Below, one piece after another: positions 42,236 to 54,499 of a stretch of DNA of 64,000 bases. The first letter of the stretch is position 1. Each line of letters starts with the position of its first letter. The DNA comes from Octopus sinensis (lineage: Eukaryota), in contig NC_042999.1 of assembly GCF_006345805.1 (NCBI RefSeq), forward strand, positions 148,800,001 through 148,864,000, given 5' to 3'. The position numbers and the translations under genes were made by a program. Under the pieces are notes generated by a model. The model saw only the letters and a list, made by a program, of their open reading frames with translations, did no database searches and was not told the origin of the DNA.

Positions 42236-42949
42236 CTACTTATTTCTTTGATTCTACCAGTTCCCCTTTTCACCCCGCCTTCTAACTTTTACTCTCATAT
42301 TTTCTTATCTCTTTTCTTATACACCCCCACCCATCAACCAACTTTTTCTATATATTTTCCTTGTCTTGCCTGCCTCTTTCTCTCTGTTTCTCTCACCCAC
42401 TCACAACTCATTTTTCTCCCCTTTCGTTTCATATCCACTTCATTTTTTTCTGTCCCATTCGCTCTTTCTCCTATTTTCTTTTTACTTTTTCCTTTCTACT
42501 TTATCATTTCAACTTCCCCCTTTATCTATCTCAATCTCAATTTCTCTTTCTCTTTAACCCCATTTTTTTTTCCATTTCCCCCCTCTTTCTTCTTCCTGAT
42601 TTTTCTTCCCATTTTCTTCTTCACAAATTTTTTTCTACCCCAAACCCTACTTTGCCATGAATGCTTCTAGATGGGCCTGTGTCTATTGCTGAAAAATGCA
42701 TGGCAAATTAGCTGTTATTTAACAGCTGTCGAATTCATACAATTGACACAAAAACAATTGTTTCTTCTTGTTCTTATACAACTAACTATAACCAATAGTT
42801 TATTCTACATCGTTCAAAGATCATCATGTGTGTGTGTATACATATGCATATATGTATATACATATATACATATATATATATACATATACACATATATATG
42901 CATATATACATACATACACACATATATATATACATATATATATACACAC

Positions 42950-42980
<31 letters not shown>

Positions 42981-42985
42981 CATAG

Positions 42986-43017
<32 letters not shown>

Positions 43018-43093
43018 TATATATATAAACATATATAGATGTATATACATACATCTATATATACATACATACATATATATAGATATATATATA

Positions 43094-43260
43094 TCCACTT
43101 CTATATTTAAGAGATGAGGAATTATGTACACTATTTACATTTGACGGATATTTGTCCTCACCTTGTTTGTTAACATATTTCAGCTGATATAGCCTCTGGC
43201 CTTCATCAGGTTTCTTGGGGAAATTTCGTACCTGGGTTCTCATTCCTAAGTATTTTTCGA

Positions 43261-43291
<31 letters not shown>

Positions 43292-43306
43292 ATCATCATC
43301 ATTATA

Positions 43307-43364
<58 letters not shown>

Positions 43365-43693
43365 ACACTGTCTGGAATTGAACTCAGAATCTTAGGGTTA
43401 GTAGCCTGCGCTCTTAACCGATACACCATATGACCGGGCATATGGTGTATCGGTTAAGAGCGCAGGCTACTAACCCCAAGATTCTGAGTTCAATTCCAGA
43501 CAGTGACCTGAATAATAATAATAATAATAATGATAATAACAACAACAACAACATCGAAAAATACCTTAGGAATGAGAACCCAGGTTTGAAATTTCTAAAG
43601 ACATGTGATGAAGGCTGAAGGGTACATCAGCTGAAACTTTGTGTTAACAACAAACAAGATGAGGACAAATATCCGTCAATTGTAAATAATGTA
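43094..43693. mobile_element. Head-to-head inverted pair of a tRNA-head + (AAT/AAC)n + HHR-relic-tail element
   Basis: Arms 43127-43432 and 43439-43693 with loop ACCGGG. Each arm has A-box TGGTGTATCGG, B-box GAGTTCAATTCC, a trinucleotide spacer, and a tail with (C/G)TGATGA-A-GGC..GCT-GAAA. Confidence 0.8.
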
Positions 43694-43705
43694 TGTATAT
43701 ATATA

Positions 43706-45317
43706 CTAGCTGGTGTACCCGGTAATCCCCGGGGATAAAGATGTTCTATTGAAATGCCTTATTACTCTGTTATAAGAAAGCAATTTTGTTATAACTGCCA
43801 CAAAAGGTGTATTTTCCATCATGAAAAAGTACAAAAACTGCCAGCTGAAGGAGGAAGAGGTTCACGAGAGGGGTTGTCATAGGTTGCCAGAGGGAGAGGC
43901 ATCTTTGATCCAGAATTTCAGTCTTGCAGGGCTTCGCGACACACAATGTTTTTGGTTTTGCCGTTGGGTGCATAGATGAATGAATTGTCCAGATTTCCAA
44001 CTATAGAGCATTCGACAGAGCTCTCTGTGAGAAAAAGCAGGTTCTGCAAGATTAAGGCCTACAGTCAGACTCTGATTCATCATGGTATTTGAAGGTGAAC
44101 TTTATGAAAGCTAATTTATTAAAGGTAATATATGAATGTAGTATATATGTATAGAAATATAAGAATGAAATGTTAGAAGAAAGTGCAATAATAACATTCA
44201 CACTCACTGGTGGTCGCTGTCAGTAACTGTGTTTAGCTTATGGAGTTCTTGTTTTTATAACATCGAAAAGCAGCCAGAAGGATAGACATGTTGAGAACAA
44301 ATGTTTTGTTGGAGGTCTGTTATCTCCATTCCAGCCTCTGGTGGCCTAGAAGAGGTAAGAAGGGTCAAGTTGCAAAGACATTATTCTGCTTAGTGAAGGC
44401 ATCTGGGAAATGTATAACTGATGTCATTCACAGAAAAACTATTGTTTTACTATGAGAAAAGCGCTGTTGAAGTGTTAAGTGAAATTTGGCAATTGAGGAT
44501 CGAATCCATGCTATGTCAGCATGAAACCACTACAAATATGTTGCGGAAAAAACATTTGTCTACTGTTATAGAGAAAGTGTAACTGTAAAAATGCAGAATT
44601 ATCGGAGTAATGGACATTCAAAAAAGTGTGCATACATAGAAATGCATGAATGAAAAGATTCAAATTAAGGAAGTGCTATAATAATGTTTAGTAGTTGAAA
44701 ACTGTGAATAGTGAAATGCAGAATGAGGTCAGCTGATAGTGAGAATCAAATATTGATCGCTTTGCTTAAAACTGCAGGTGGTGTGGGTTATTTCTCTTGG
44801 GTTGTTTAAATAAAATATTAGTAATATGTAGTTGATAGGAGGATCCATTGGATGGGCCCTATTATCGTTTTTTTCAACAATCTAAATATGTCACAAGGTT
44901 TCCAAACATGAGTCCTACTCATGTGTCAAATAAAGTAAAAAGGTGATATTGTCTGCAAAAATTAAAAATTGGACACACAAAATTCAAAATTCAGTATTCA
45001 AAATTCAATATTCAAAGTAATTTAACATAAACAATGAAATGGGTTATTTCCTTTGAGTGTTTAAAAAAATGTTTTGCAGGTGGTATGGGTTATTTCCCTT
45101 GGGTGTTTAAAAAGCAATTAGTTATATTAGGTAGATATAACGGTCCCTTCCAGGGGCTGTTTTATCAATCTTTTCAACAATCTAAGTATGTCACGAGGTT
45201 TCCAAACGTGAGTTCTACTCATATGTCAAGTTTCATCAAAATCAATAGGACAATGTAGAGGAGTGAGATAACAATGCCACAAACAAACACACACCGATTT
45301 TCCACATATAGAGTAGA
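43706..45317 (-). mobile_element. Internally deleted Helitron with both termini
   Basis: On the minus strand: A|TCTACTCTATAT at 45317, hairpin CCCGG-N6-CCGGG at 43718-43733, and terminal CTAG|T at 43706. Helicase C-terminus remnant QSLTVGLNLAEPAFSH / VECSIVGNLDNSFIYAPNGKTKNIVCREAL* at about 43916-44100. Confidence 0.85.
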
Positions 45318-45334
45318 TATATATATATATATAG

Positions 45335-45715
45335 GCAAAGGAGCAGCTGTGTGGTAAGTAGCTTGCTTACCAACCATATAGTTCTGGGTTCAGTCCCACT
45401 GCATGGCACCTTGGATATGTGTCTTCTACTAGAGCCTCGGTCCAACCAAAGCCTTGTGAGTGGATTTGATAGACGGAAACTGAAAGAAACCCATTGAATA
45501 TATATATTTATATATATATATATGTGCGTGATTGTGTGTTTGTATATCTGTGTTTATCCCCTCCACCATTGCTTGACAACCGATGTGGTTCAGCAAAAGA
45601 GACCAATAGAATAAGTAGTAGGCTTACAAATAATAAGTCATACAGTCGATTTGTTCAACTAAAGGTGGTACTCCAGCATGGCTGCAGTCAAATCACTGAA
45701 ACAAGTAAAAGAATA
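45335..45715 (+). mobile_element. SINE family A copy
   Basis: GGCAAAGGAGCAGCTGTGTGGTAAG head, B-box GGGTTCAGTCCC, and ACTGAAACAAGTAAAAGA tail. Confidence 0.88.
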
Positions 45716-45750
45716 AAAGAATATACATATACACATATATACATATATAT

Positions 45751-45783
<33 letters not shown>

Positions 45784-45981
45784 TATATATACACACACAC
45801 ACATATATATACATATACCCACAAATATATATATATATATACATATATACACACACATATCTAAATACAAACATGCATACACACGTGTGTGTGTGTGTGT
45901 GCTTACCTATATGCATGAAATATAACACACACACATGCAAACACGCACACACATATGTGTGTATATATGTATGTATGCATG

Positions 45982-46021
<40 letters not shown>

Positions 46022-46114
46022 CGGCAACGGGAAACTCAGAGTAACAGGTTTGTTGAATTTTCTGCTGCTTTAAATAAAGTATATATGTTTATATATATAT
46101 ATATATCTCTCTTT

Positions 46115-46477
46115 CTCTTTTACTCTTTTACTTGTTTCAGTCATTTGACTGCGGCCATGCTGGAGCACCACCTTTTAGTACTTATTCTATCGGTCTCTTT
46201 TTGCCGACCGCTAAGTGACGGGGACCTAAACACACCAGCATCGGTTGTCAAGCATGCTAGGGGGACAAACACAGACACACAAACACACACACATATAATA
46301 ATATATACATATATACGACAGGCTTCTTTCAGTTTCCGTCTACCAAATCCACTCACAAGGCATTGGTCGGCCCGGGGCTATAGCAGAAGACACTTGCCCA
46401 AGATGCCACGCAGTGGGACTGAACCCGCAACCGTGTGGTTGGTTAGCAAGCTACTTACCACACAGCCACTCCTGCGC
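46115..46477 (-). mobile_element. SINE family A copy (well preserved)
   Basis: Reverse complement of GCGCAGGAGTGGCTGTGTGGTAAGTAGCTTGC... through the tail. Confidence 0.9.
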
Positions 46478-46560
46478 ATTTGACTGCAGCCATGCTGGAG
46501 TACCACCTTTAGTTGAACAAATCGACTGTATGACTTATTATTTGTAAGCCTACTACTTAT

Positions 46561-46603
<43 letters not shown>

Positions 46604-47263
46604 GACATATTTGAAATATATCAGTGAATATTACTTACATCTCTGTTTTGTTTTTTACTTATTCATTCTTCAAAACCTTAACATAAGCAATATTTTTAAG
46701 AATTCCCAAAATATATCCATTCATTTTATATGCATTTAAGATGTTCTGGAAATCGAATTTATTAACTCATCTTATTGAAAATTGTTTCTATACATTTCCA
46801 GAGAAATCTATACCACAGTCACACGTGAGCATGTTATTTATTAACCCACCCTGTTTAATTGACCTAGAACTTAAGTAATATTAATCTGTTGGTTATTCAA
46901 CAATTTTCAAGATAGTAATTAAATGTTTGTTTATATGTTGTTTTGGTTTTCATTTTTATTTCTATTTTTCTTCTTTATGCTTGTCAGGAATGATGAGGAA
47001 TTTTTAAAAAATGCATTACTAGAAAACTTACAATTGATAAAAGGACTAAAGTAACAATTGTTTTTGTTTAATTGCTAAGATAGTTGATTCTGGATGTAAA
47101 GATGAAAGGTTTTGAGGTGGAGCTTCCTGTAATGTTGTAAATTAATAAAACTAATTATGGTGCTTGGCAGATTGCCACACTCAAACTCTGAAATTATTAA
47201 AGCAGTTATAAAGAACATTTAACAGGTGTGTGTGTGTTCATATTTTGTGCTTATGTTGTAAGC

Positions 47264-47316
<53 letters not shown>

Positions 47317-47409
47317 TATACATATATATATATTAATTGTTCCACGTCCTGTGTTGCGTGTTTTTTCTCTTTTTTTTTTTTTTTCTGTGTTTTCTTGTTT
47401 GGATTAACT

Positions 47410-47443
<34 letters not shown>

Positions 47444-47571
47444 AAAATACATGTACACACACATATATATGTATCTGCATGTACATGTGTGTATGTGTAT
47501 ATATATATATATATATATGTATATATTTACATATATGTAAATGTATGTATCATTGTATATAATATATATAT

Positions 47572-47879
47572 ATCACTGTGATCACCGTGACTGACCAGGC
47601 TACAGATGTTGCTACACATCGCTGGTCACAATGCATTTCACATTGTTTTAGCCTTCAAATGACACCACCCTGCTGGCTAAGCATGCAGGCCAACAGAAGA
47701 GAGAGTTAGAGAAAGTTGTGGCAAAAGAGTACGGCAGGGATCACCACCACCCCCTGTCGGAGCCTCGTGGAGCTTTAGGTGTTTTCGGTCAATAAACACT
47801 CACAATGCTCAGTCTGGGAATCGAAACCATGATCCTACGATCGCAAGTCCACTGCCCTAACCACTGAGCCATTGCACCT

Positions 47880-47881
<2 letters not shown>
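47572..47881 (-). mobile_element. SINE with family C head and a different 3' body
   Basis: GGAGGTGCAATGGCTCAGTGGTTAGGGCAG head and B-box GGTTTCGATTCCC on the minus strand. Confidence 0.8.
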
Positions 47882-47954
<73 letters not shown>

Positions 47955-47977
<23 letters not shown>

Positions 47978-48183
47978 AAAAGAACAAAAGATAAAGACAG
48001 GTGGTGTAGAAAACAAACAGATGTTTTAGTATAACGCTCAGGAATTGAAAAAGTCTTAACGCTATTTGAGCCTACGCTCTTTCACAGAAAGGAACACAGA
48101 AAGAAGAAGGAGAGAGAGAAAATGTGTGTGTGGCTACCGATCTATCATGATATATATATATATATAATATATATAATATATAT

Positions 48184-48214
<31 letters not shown>

Positions 48215-48218
48215 CTTA

Positions 48219-48251
<33 letters not shown>

Positions 48252-48651
48252 TATATGTAGTTGAATTTAAAGAAAAACAAAAGATGAAGACAGGTGTATA
48301 ACAACGAGCAAGTGTATTAGTTGGATCTTCGGGAAAATGAAAAAGTCTTTTATGTTTCGAACCTATGCCCTTTCAATGGAAAGGAATAAGGGAAAATAAA
48401 CAGAAAGAGACTGCAGATTTCTGTGTATGTATGTATGTATGTATGTATGTATGTATGTATGTATGTATGTATGTATGTATATGTATGTAGGTATGTATAC
48501 ATATATATATATATAGTTAATCCAAACATGAAAACACAAAGAGAAAACACAACAACGCGAGGATGTGGAACAAATATAGTATTATTGGATGCTCAGGAAG
48601 GAAGGGAAGAAGGAGGGTTTAACGTTTCGAGCTGAGCTCTTCGTCAGAAAC
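47955..48651 (-). mobile_element. Three tandem pLTR-like units separated by microsatellites, each with an HHR motif or relic
   Basis: Related AG-rich units near 47970, 48260 and 48515. HHR relics at 48054-48091 and 48347-48383 and an intact motif at 48617-48651. A truncated inverted copy of unit 3 lies at 47337-47410. Confidence 0.65.
48617..48651 (-). ncRNA. Minimal type I hammerhead ribozyme motif
   Basis: GUUU-CUGACGA-A-GAGC-UCA-GCUC-GAA-ACGU-U-AAAC. Stem I is 4 bp, stem II is 4 bp, palindromic ACGU forms stem III (dimer type), and the triplet is GUU. There is one extra A before stem II. Confidence 0.72.
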
Positions 48652-48664
48652 ATATATATATGTT

Positions 48665-49400
48665 CTTTTATTCTGTTATTCTTTTACTTCTTTCAGTCAT
48701 TTGACTGCAGCCATACTGGAGCACCACGTTTAGTCAAACAAATGGACCCCAGAACTTATTCTTTGTAAGCTTTGCACTTACTTTATCAGTCTGTTTTGCC
48801 CAACAGCTAAGTTACAGTGACGTAAGCACACCACCATCGGTCGTCAAGTCATGGTGGGGGGGACAAACACAGTCACACAAACACATACACACGCACACAC
48901 ACACACACACATATATATATGATAGGCTTCTTTCAGTTTCCATCTACCAAACTCACTTACAAGGCTTTGGTTGGCCTGAGGCTATAATAGAAGACACTTC
49001 AGTGGGACTGAACCCGGAACCATGCCAAGCTTCTTACCACACCGCCACTCCTGTGCCTATATATACTCTTTTACTCTTTACTTGTTTCAGTCATGTGAAT
49101 GTGGCCATGCTGGAGCACCGCCTTTAGTCGAGCAAACCAGGACTTATTCTTTGTAAGCCTAATACTTATTCTATCGGTCTTTTTGTCGAACCGCTAAGTT
49201 ACGGGTACGTAAACACACTAGCATCGGTTGTCAAGTGATGTGGGAGATAAACAATACACACACATACATATATACATATACGACAGGCTTCTTTCAGTTT
49301 CCGTCTTCCAAATCCACTCACAAGGCTTTGGTCGGCCCAAGGCTATAGTAGAAGACTCCATGTGGTTCGTAAGCAAGCTACTTACCACACAGCCACTCCT
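48665..49400 (-). mobile_element. Two tandem SINE family A copies
   Basis: Two tail-body-head sets at about 48665-49037 and 49043-49400. Confidence 0.85.
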
Positions 49401-50534
49401 ACATATATACATAAAGTGTTTGTATGTATATCATCACCATGGGCATCATCTTCTAAAATCTTTAACCCAGATAAAATTAATTGTTATCATCAACCAATTT
49501 TTAATTATCTCAAACTATATTTTCCATAATAATTCACTGAAACATATCTTGATGTTTGTATGAAAAAAAGTTTCTAACATCTGAATTACATCTCTTAATG
49601 ATGCAAACCAGCTGTCCTCTATTTCTATCCATTTCCCTTACCAAACAAATCCTTGTTGATGTAAATAAAGTTTTCATGTAGCATACATGCAGTAAGAAAG
49701 TAAAGGATTTGAATATCTGATGGAAATCATTGCAGAAGATTTTAGCAATTCAGAACTCCTTTTTATTAAGAAAACATATGCTTATAAGAAGGAGTCTGTT
49801 AATTAGCTTATTCAATCTCCACATTCTCCTCACTCCACTGCAAATATTATGGCAGCCATACCCAATTATCTCACTTAAGATCTCTTTGCCTTAAACAAGA
49901 CCTCAAGGCATAGATAGATCCACTTCAGTATGGATAATTTCCTTTATTAAACCAACCAGCAGTTACCTGCTACTTATCTGTTAGTGTTTCTCTGTTCAAT
50001 TCATTTCAATTTGCTTCTCATCTGTGCCTTTGGCAAATAACAGCATACAGCAATAAGGAATCTTTAATCACATAACCTGCATTGGCTGTCTGGAGTCTGT
50101 TCTGTTTAGTAAGAAAGACCAAAAGTCTTTTAGTAGAACAGCATTGTAACTGAGGACAATTGCATATCTGTGAGAACTGATGGGCTTTACAATGGAATGA
50201 TAAACCACTCTGCATGTTAATGTGAAGAAAATTTAAGGTTTCAGCAGCTACTACCTCTGTCCAAGCTTTGAAATCACAAAATTTAGGTATTTTGTTTCTG
50301 CTCAGATATTTCATTATCGAGTTGCAATGAGGCTTGTATTCTTGGCTTGCTGGTAGATTTATAATCATTTGTGGTTTCATTCAGCTGAAGTAAGCTGAGA
50401 CTTTGCAAAGACATAGCCATCAAATGATTTTTGTGCTTCAGTTGACGCTCTGGTAGTTGTTTTGTTATTTGTTGCAAATATCTATTGTTTGGGATGTGGT
50501 TATTTAGTCCTAGGTCAGCCCTGATAGAACAGGC

Positions 50535-50810
50535 TTATGTATGTATGTATGTATGTATGTATGTATGTATGCATGTATGTATGTATGTATGTATGTATGT
50601 ATGTATGTATGTATGTATGTATGTATGTATGTGTGTATGTGTGTATGTATGTATGTATGTATGTATGTATGTATGCATGTATGTATGCATGTATGTATGT
50701 ATGTATGTGTGTATGTGTGTATGTGTGTATGTATGTATGTATGTATGTATGTGTGTGCACGTGTTCACGCGTACATATGCATGCATGTACGTATGTATGT
50801 ATATGTGTAT
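50535..50810. repeat. (TATG)n microsatellite
   Basis: Direct inspection. Confidence 0.95.
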
Positions 50811-50879
50811 ATAAATCCTCTTTTTAATTTAGAGTAAATTTTGACCAGCTATCTGCATGGTAGCAAGGTTGTAAAGGAA

Positions 50880-51447
50880 AGCATCTTGCTTTGTTCATAT
50901 TCCATTAAATCTTAAGAAAGCCTTACACATTTTTATAGTTCCAGATATCGTGATCATTTGTAGTGTATGAATTAAGGATTTGTCTTCTTGCCCCAAGAAC
51001 CCAAGTTGAACCACACTTTGCTCAATACAGGTTAGTATGTATCCTGTTACTGCAAGAATAATGGGTATGAAGCTGAAAGTGTAAATTGGGTACTGGATTT
51101 GCAAACTCCTTATTAATGGTCCTTAGATGTCCTCTTTCTCTTGTATTTTTCGAACCATATTGTAGTCCAGAGGACATTTGGAATTTCTGCCCACTTTTCA
51201 TGCAACAATCAAAACAATTCATCTTTAGATTTAGGTTTCTTTCAAGTTTTTTGTATAGCTCTATCTAGTAAGCTCCAAAGATTTTCAATTGGGTTCATGT
51301 CAGGAGATTGGCTTGGCCAAGGAAGCTTTTTGATCCCATTTTCATTTAGCCATTGCTGATTCTTTTTTGCTGTGTGGTATGAAGCCCCATCTTCCATGAA
51401 TAAAATCTCATTTTTCTTTAAGTTATCATGTGAATACATCAGAAGTA
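50880..51447 (-). pseudogene. Tc1/mariner DD34E transposase C-terminal fragment
   Basis: FMEDGASYHTAK...LPWPSQSPDMNPIENLW with exactly 34 residues between D (51389-51391) and E (51284-51286). It is frameshifted downstream and cut by a SINE at 51448. Confidence 0.92.
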
Positions 51448-51737
51448 GGCGAAGAAGTGGCTGTGTGGTAAGTAGCTTGTTTCTGTCCTTGTTTGTCCCC
51501 TCTTTGTAAATGCCTAAATGGCAAACTATATGAAATAAAGTAGCTTGTTTACCAACCACATGGTTCCAGGTTCAGTCCCACTGCGTGGCACCATGGGTTT
51601 ATTCTTTGTAAGCCTAGTACTTATTCTATCAGTCTCTCTTGCTGAACCGCTAAGTAACGGGAATGTAAACACACCAGCATCGGTTGTCAAGCAATGTTGG
51701 GGGAACAAACACAGACACACAAACACATACATACACG

Positions 51738-51783
<46 letters not shown>

Positions 51784-51945
51784 GATGGGCTTCTTTCAGT
51801 TTCCGTCTACCAAATCCACTCACAAGGCTTTGGTCGGCCCGAGGCTATAGTAGAAGACACTTGCCCAAGGTGCCACACTGTGGGACTGAACCTGGAATCA
51901 TGTGGTTGGTAAGCAAGCTACTTACCACGCATCCACTCCTATGCC
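51448..51945. mobile_element. SINE family A head (+, 51448-51595) joined to an inverted copy (-, 51597-51945)
   Basis: Family motifs occur in opposite orientations. A 56-bp insert at 51483-51538 is flanked by the AGTAGCTTGTTT direct repeat. Confidence 0.85.
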
Positions 51946-52637
51946 TTGTACATTAATTTCATGAGCAGGCTGTTCTGTTGATTGGATTCAACTGGAACAT
52001 TTGTCATCATAACTCACAGAGTGCCAGTTACAAGAATAATGGTAAAAGATAACTGTTAAGTTAAAAGTGTATGGTGGTGCTTGTATATTTTGAGGCTTAA
52101 GTTAAAAAAGCAGTGTGAGAATGTGAATCCTTGTAGTACTCCAGAAGAGGAAAATTATAAAATCTAGATGTATTGTCATTTCACCTGCCTCCAAGTTTGA
52201 CAGAATAAATGACAGTAATATAACAAGGGCAACTTAACTGACTATACCCCTGCCATCTTCTGAAAGAAATTAATACAAATCTAAATGGCTTAATTTTTTT
52301 GTGTACTCTAATTTCTACTTTAGTAGAGATTCTACAGCTAGATGCCCTTCCTAATGCTGACCACTGGGTGCTTTGTTCATACAATAATGCTTTGTTCAGC
52401 ACTAATGAGGTTACTATGTGGCTTGCGTATCTAAGATCCTCTTCAATTGAGTGGAACTACAGCAGAGAAGTAGGTCAGGGAAGCAGGTGGCTCTGTGCTA
52501 GGAGATGAGAGATTAATAAAGTAAGACAAAAACACAACAGGTTTCTTGCTGCTTAGGAACAACATGTCTACTTACATTATAGAAGAGAAGGTGGGAGTAA
52601 CTGGGGTAGAGCTGAAAAGAAAGATAAAAAAAAGTCA

Positions 52638-52693
52638 TTGTCATCATCACCAACATCATCATCATCATCACCACCACCACCACCACCACCACC

Positions 52694-52744
<51 letters not shown>

Positions 52745-52775
52745 GTCATCATCATCATCATTATCATCATCAAGT
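52638..52775. repeat. (CAT)n/(CAC)n microsatellite
   Basis: Direct inspection. Confidence 0.95.
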
Positions 52776-53276
52776 CAACATATTCCCAGTTATCATCACC
52801 ATTCACTTCTATATTACTATTGCCGTGGACTTAGTTGACAAAGTCTGCTAAACAGTCCCTCCCTCCCTCTCTCTCTTCCTCTCTCTCTCTCTCTCTCCCT
52901 CTCTCTCTCTTCCTCTCTCTCTTCCTCTCTCTCTTCCCCCCTACCTCCTCTCTACTTATAACACATAATTCATTGATGAAATATAATATTCAGTTAAAAA
53001 CCTGTTATAATTATTGTCAACACCATTGTCATTCTCTTTCCAGTCTTCTTGGTGGTAATGGCTCAGCTGATAGCATCTCTTTGTCCTTGGTTGAATTTCT
53101 TCTGACTCCTAGACATTCTTCTTCCTTTCAAACTTGACAACCATTATTCTGGATCTTCTCTATTTCTCATGCAACTATCCTCTTAACCAACAATTTATCA
53201 ACTATTCTCACTAAATAATCATACCTCCTCCAGTTGTCTTTTACAGATGACACTTCCTTCGTGAGAAAATAAAAAG

Positions 53277-53324
<48 letters not shown>

Positions 53325-53371
53325 ATATAATATATATATATATATATTATATATATATATATTATATATAT

Positions 53372-53403
<32 letters not shown>

Positions 53404-53580
53404 GACGCAGGAGTGGCTCTGTGGTAAGTAGCTTGCTAACCAACCACATGGTTCCAGGTTCAGTCCAACTGCGTGCTTCTTGGGCAGGTGGCTTCTTGGG
53501 CAGGTGTCTTCTGCTATAGCCCCGGGCCGACCAATGCCTTGTGAGTGGATTTGGTAGACGGAAACTGAAAGAAGCCTGTC

Positions 53581-53657
<77 letters not shown>

Positions 53658-53858
53658 TCTGTGTTTGTCCCCCTAGCATTGCTTGACAACCGATGCTGGT
53701 GTGTTTACGTCCCCGTCACCTAGCGGTTCGGCAAAGGAGAACGATAGAATAGGTACTGGGCTTACAAAGAATAAGTCCTGGGGTCGATTTGCTCGACTGG
53801 AGGCGGTGCTCCAGCATGGCCGCAGTCAAATGACTGAAACAAGTAAAAGAGTAAAGAG
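53404..53858 (+). mobile_element. Near full-length young SINE family A copy
   Basis: GACGCAGGAGTGGCTCTGTGGTAAG head, a small internal duplication GCTTCTTGGGCAGGTG x2, and the tail TGACTGAAACAAGTAAAAGAGTAAAGAG. Confidence 0.92.
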
Positions 53859-54149
53859 AGATATCTGAAGTGAATGGTGTCCCGGGTCTTGTATTGATCT
53901 TGATAAAGCTTCTTGGGATTTTCACAGAAGTGATGTTTCTTAGGAGATAAACCAGTCACACCTAATTCCCATATCAACCACTTATTCAGCATCTCAGGAG
54001 GCATTACGTAATGAGTTTTATAAAAATATAATTTTGCATATCATTGCATTATAGCTGTCTTGCTTGTGCCTTACAATACATCATTACAATATGGAAACTG
54101 ATATCGTGTGTTGCATCTAACACAAACATGCAGATATGATTCTATAATG

Positions 54150-54310
54150 TAAGTTGGCAGAATCACGAAAGCATTAACCAGATTGTCATGTAATATTTGT
54201 TCTGAATCTCTGCTCTCTGAGTTCAAATCCTACCAAAGTCAAGTTTGCCTTCCTTTTTTTTTTTCCAAGTTGATAAATAAAATACCAGTCCAGTACTGGG
54301 GTTTATTTTT
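54150..54310 (+). mobile_element. Diverged SINE family B copy
   Basis: TTGGCAGAATC...GAGTTCAAATCC...AAGTTTGCCTT...GATAAATAAAATACCAG. Confidence 0.7.
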
Positions 54311-54499
54311 CTTCCCTTTGTAATATCCTTGCTCTCTCTGAAAGAAATCTGTTGTGTTCAGAGCTGAAAAGGGATGGGCTTTGCTAGGTTTAAAATACCC
54401 AAGACATTCCATATATCACAATGACATTCCTACAGCTCCATCAAGAGTTAAGAGCTGAAGGAAGGAATCCCTGTTGTAGTGATGCTCTAGCAATTATTA

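Noticed and set aside
41891-42670. 259-aa His-rich then Phe-rich ORF
   Set aside because: It is explained by a (CAT)n tract followed by a T/C-rich low-complexity tract, with no domain.
43439-43510. tRNA gene
   Set aside because: It has A and B boxes but no complete acceptor stem or cloverleaf, and it continues into a repeat body. It is a SINE-type head, as are the family A, B and C heads.
49580-50480. Possible old LINE ORF2 remnants (also about 52940-53260 and 56855-57130)
   Set aside because: There are only faint motif resemblances, such as TEVVAAETLN, with many stops. This is not enough to assign a family.
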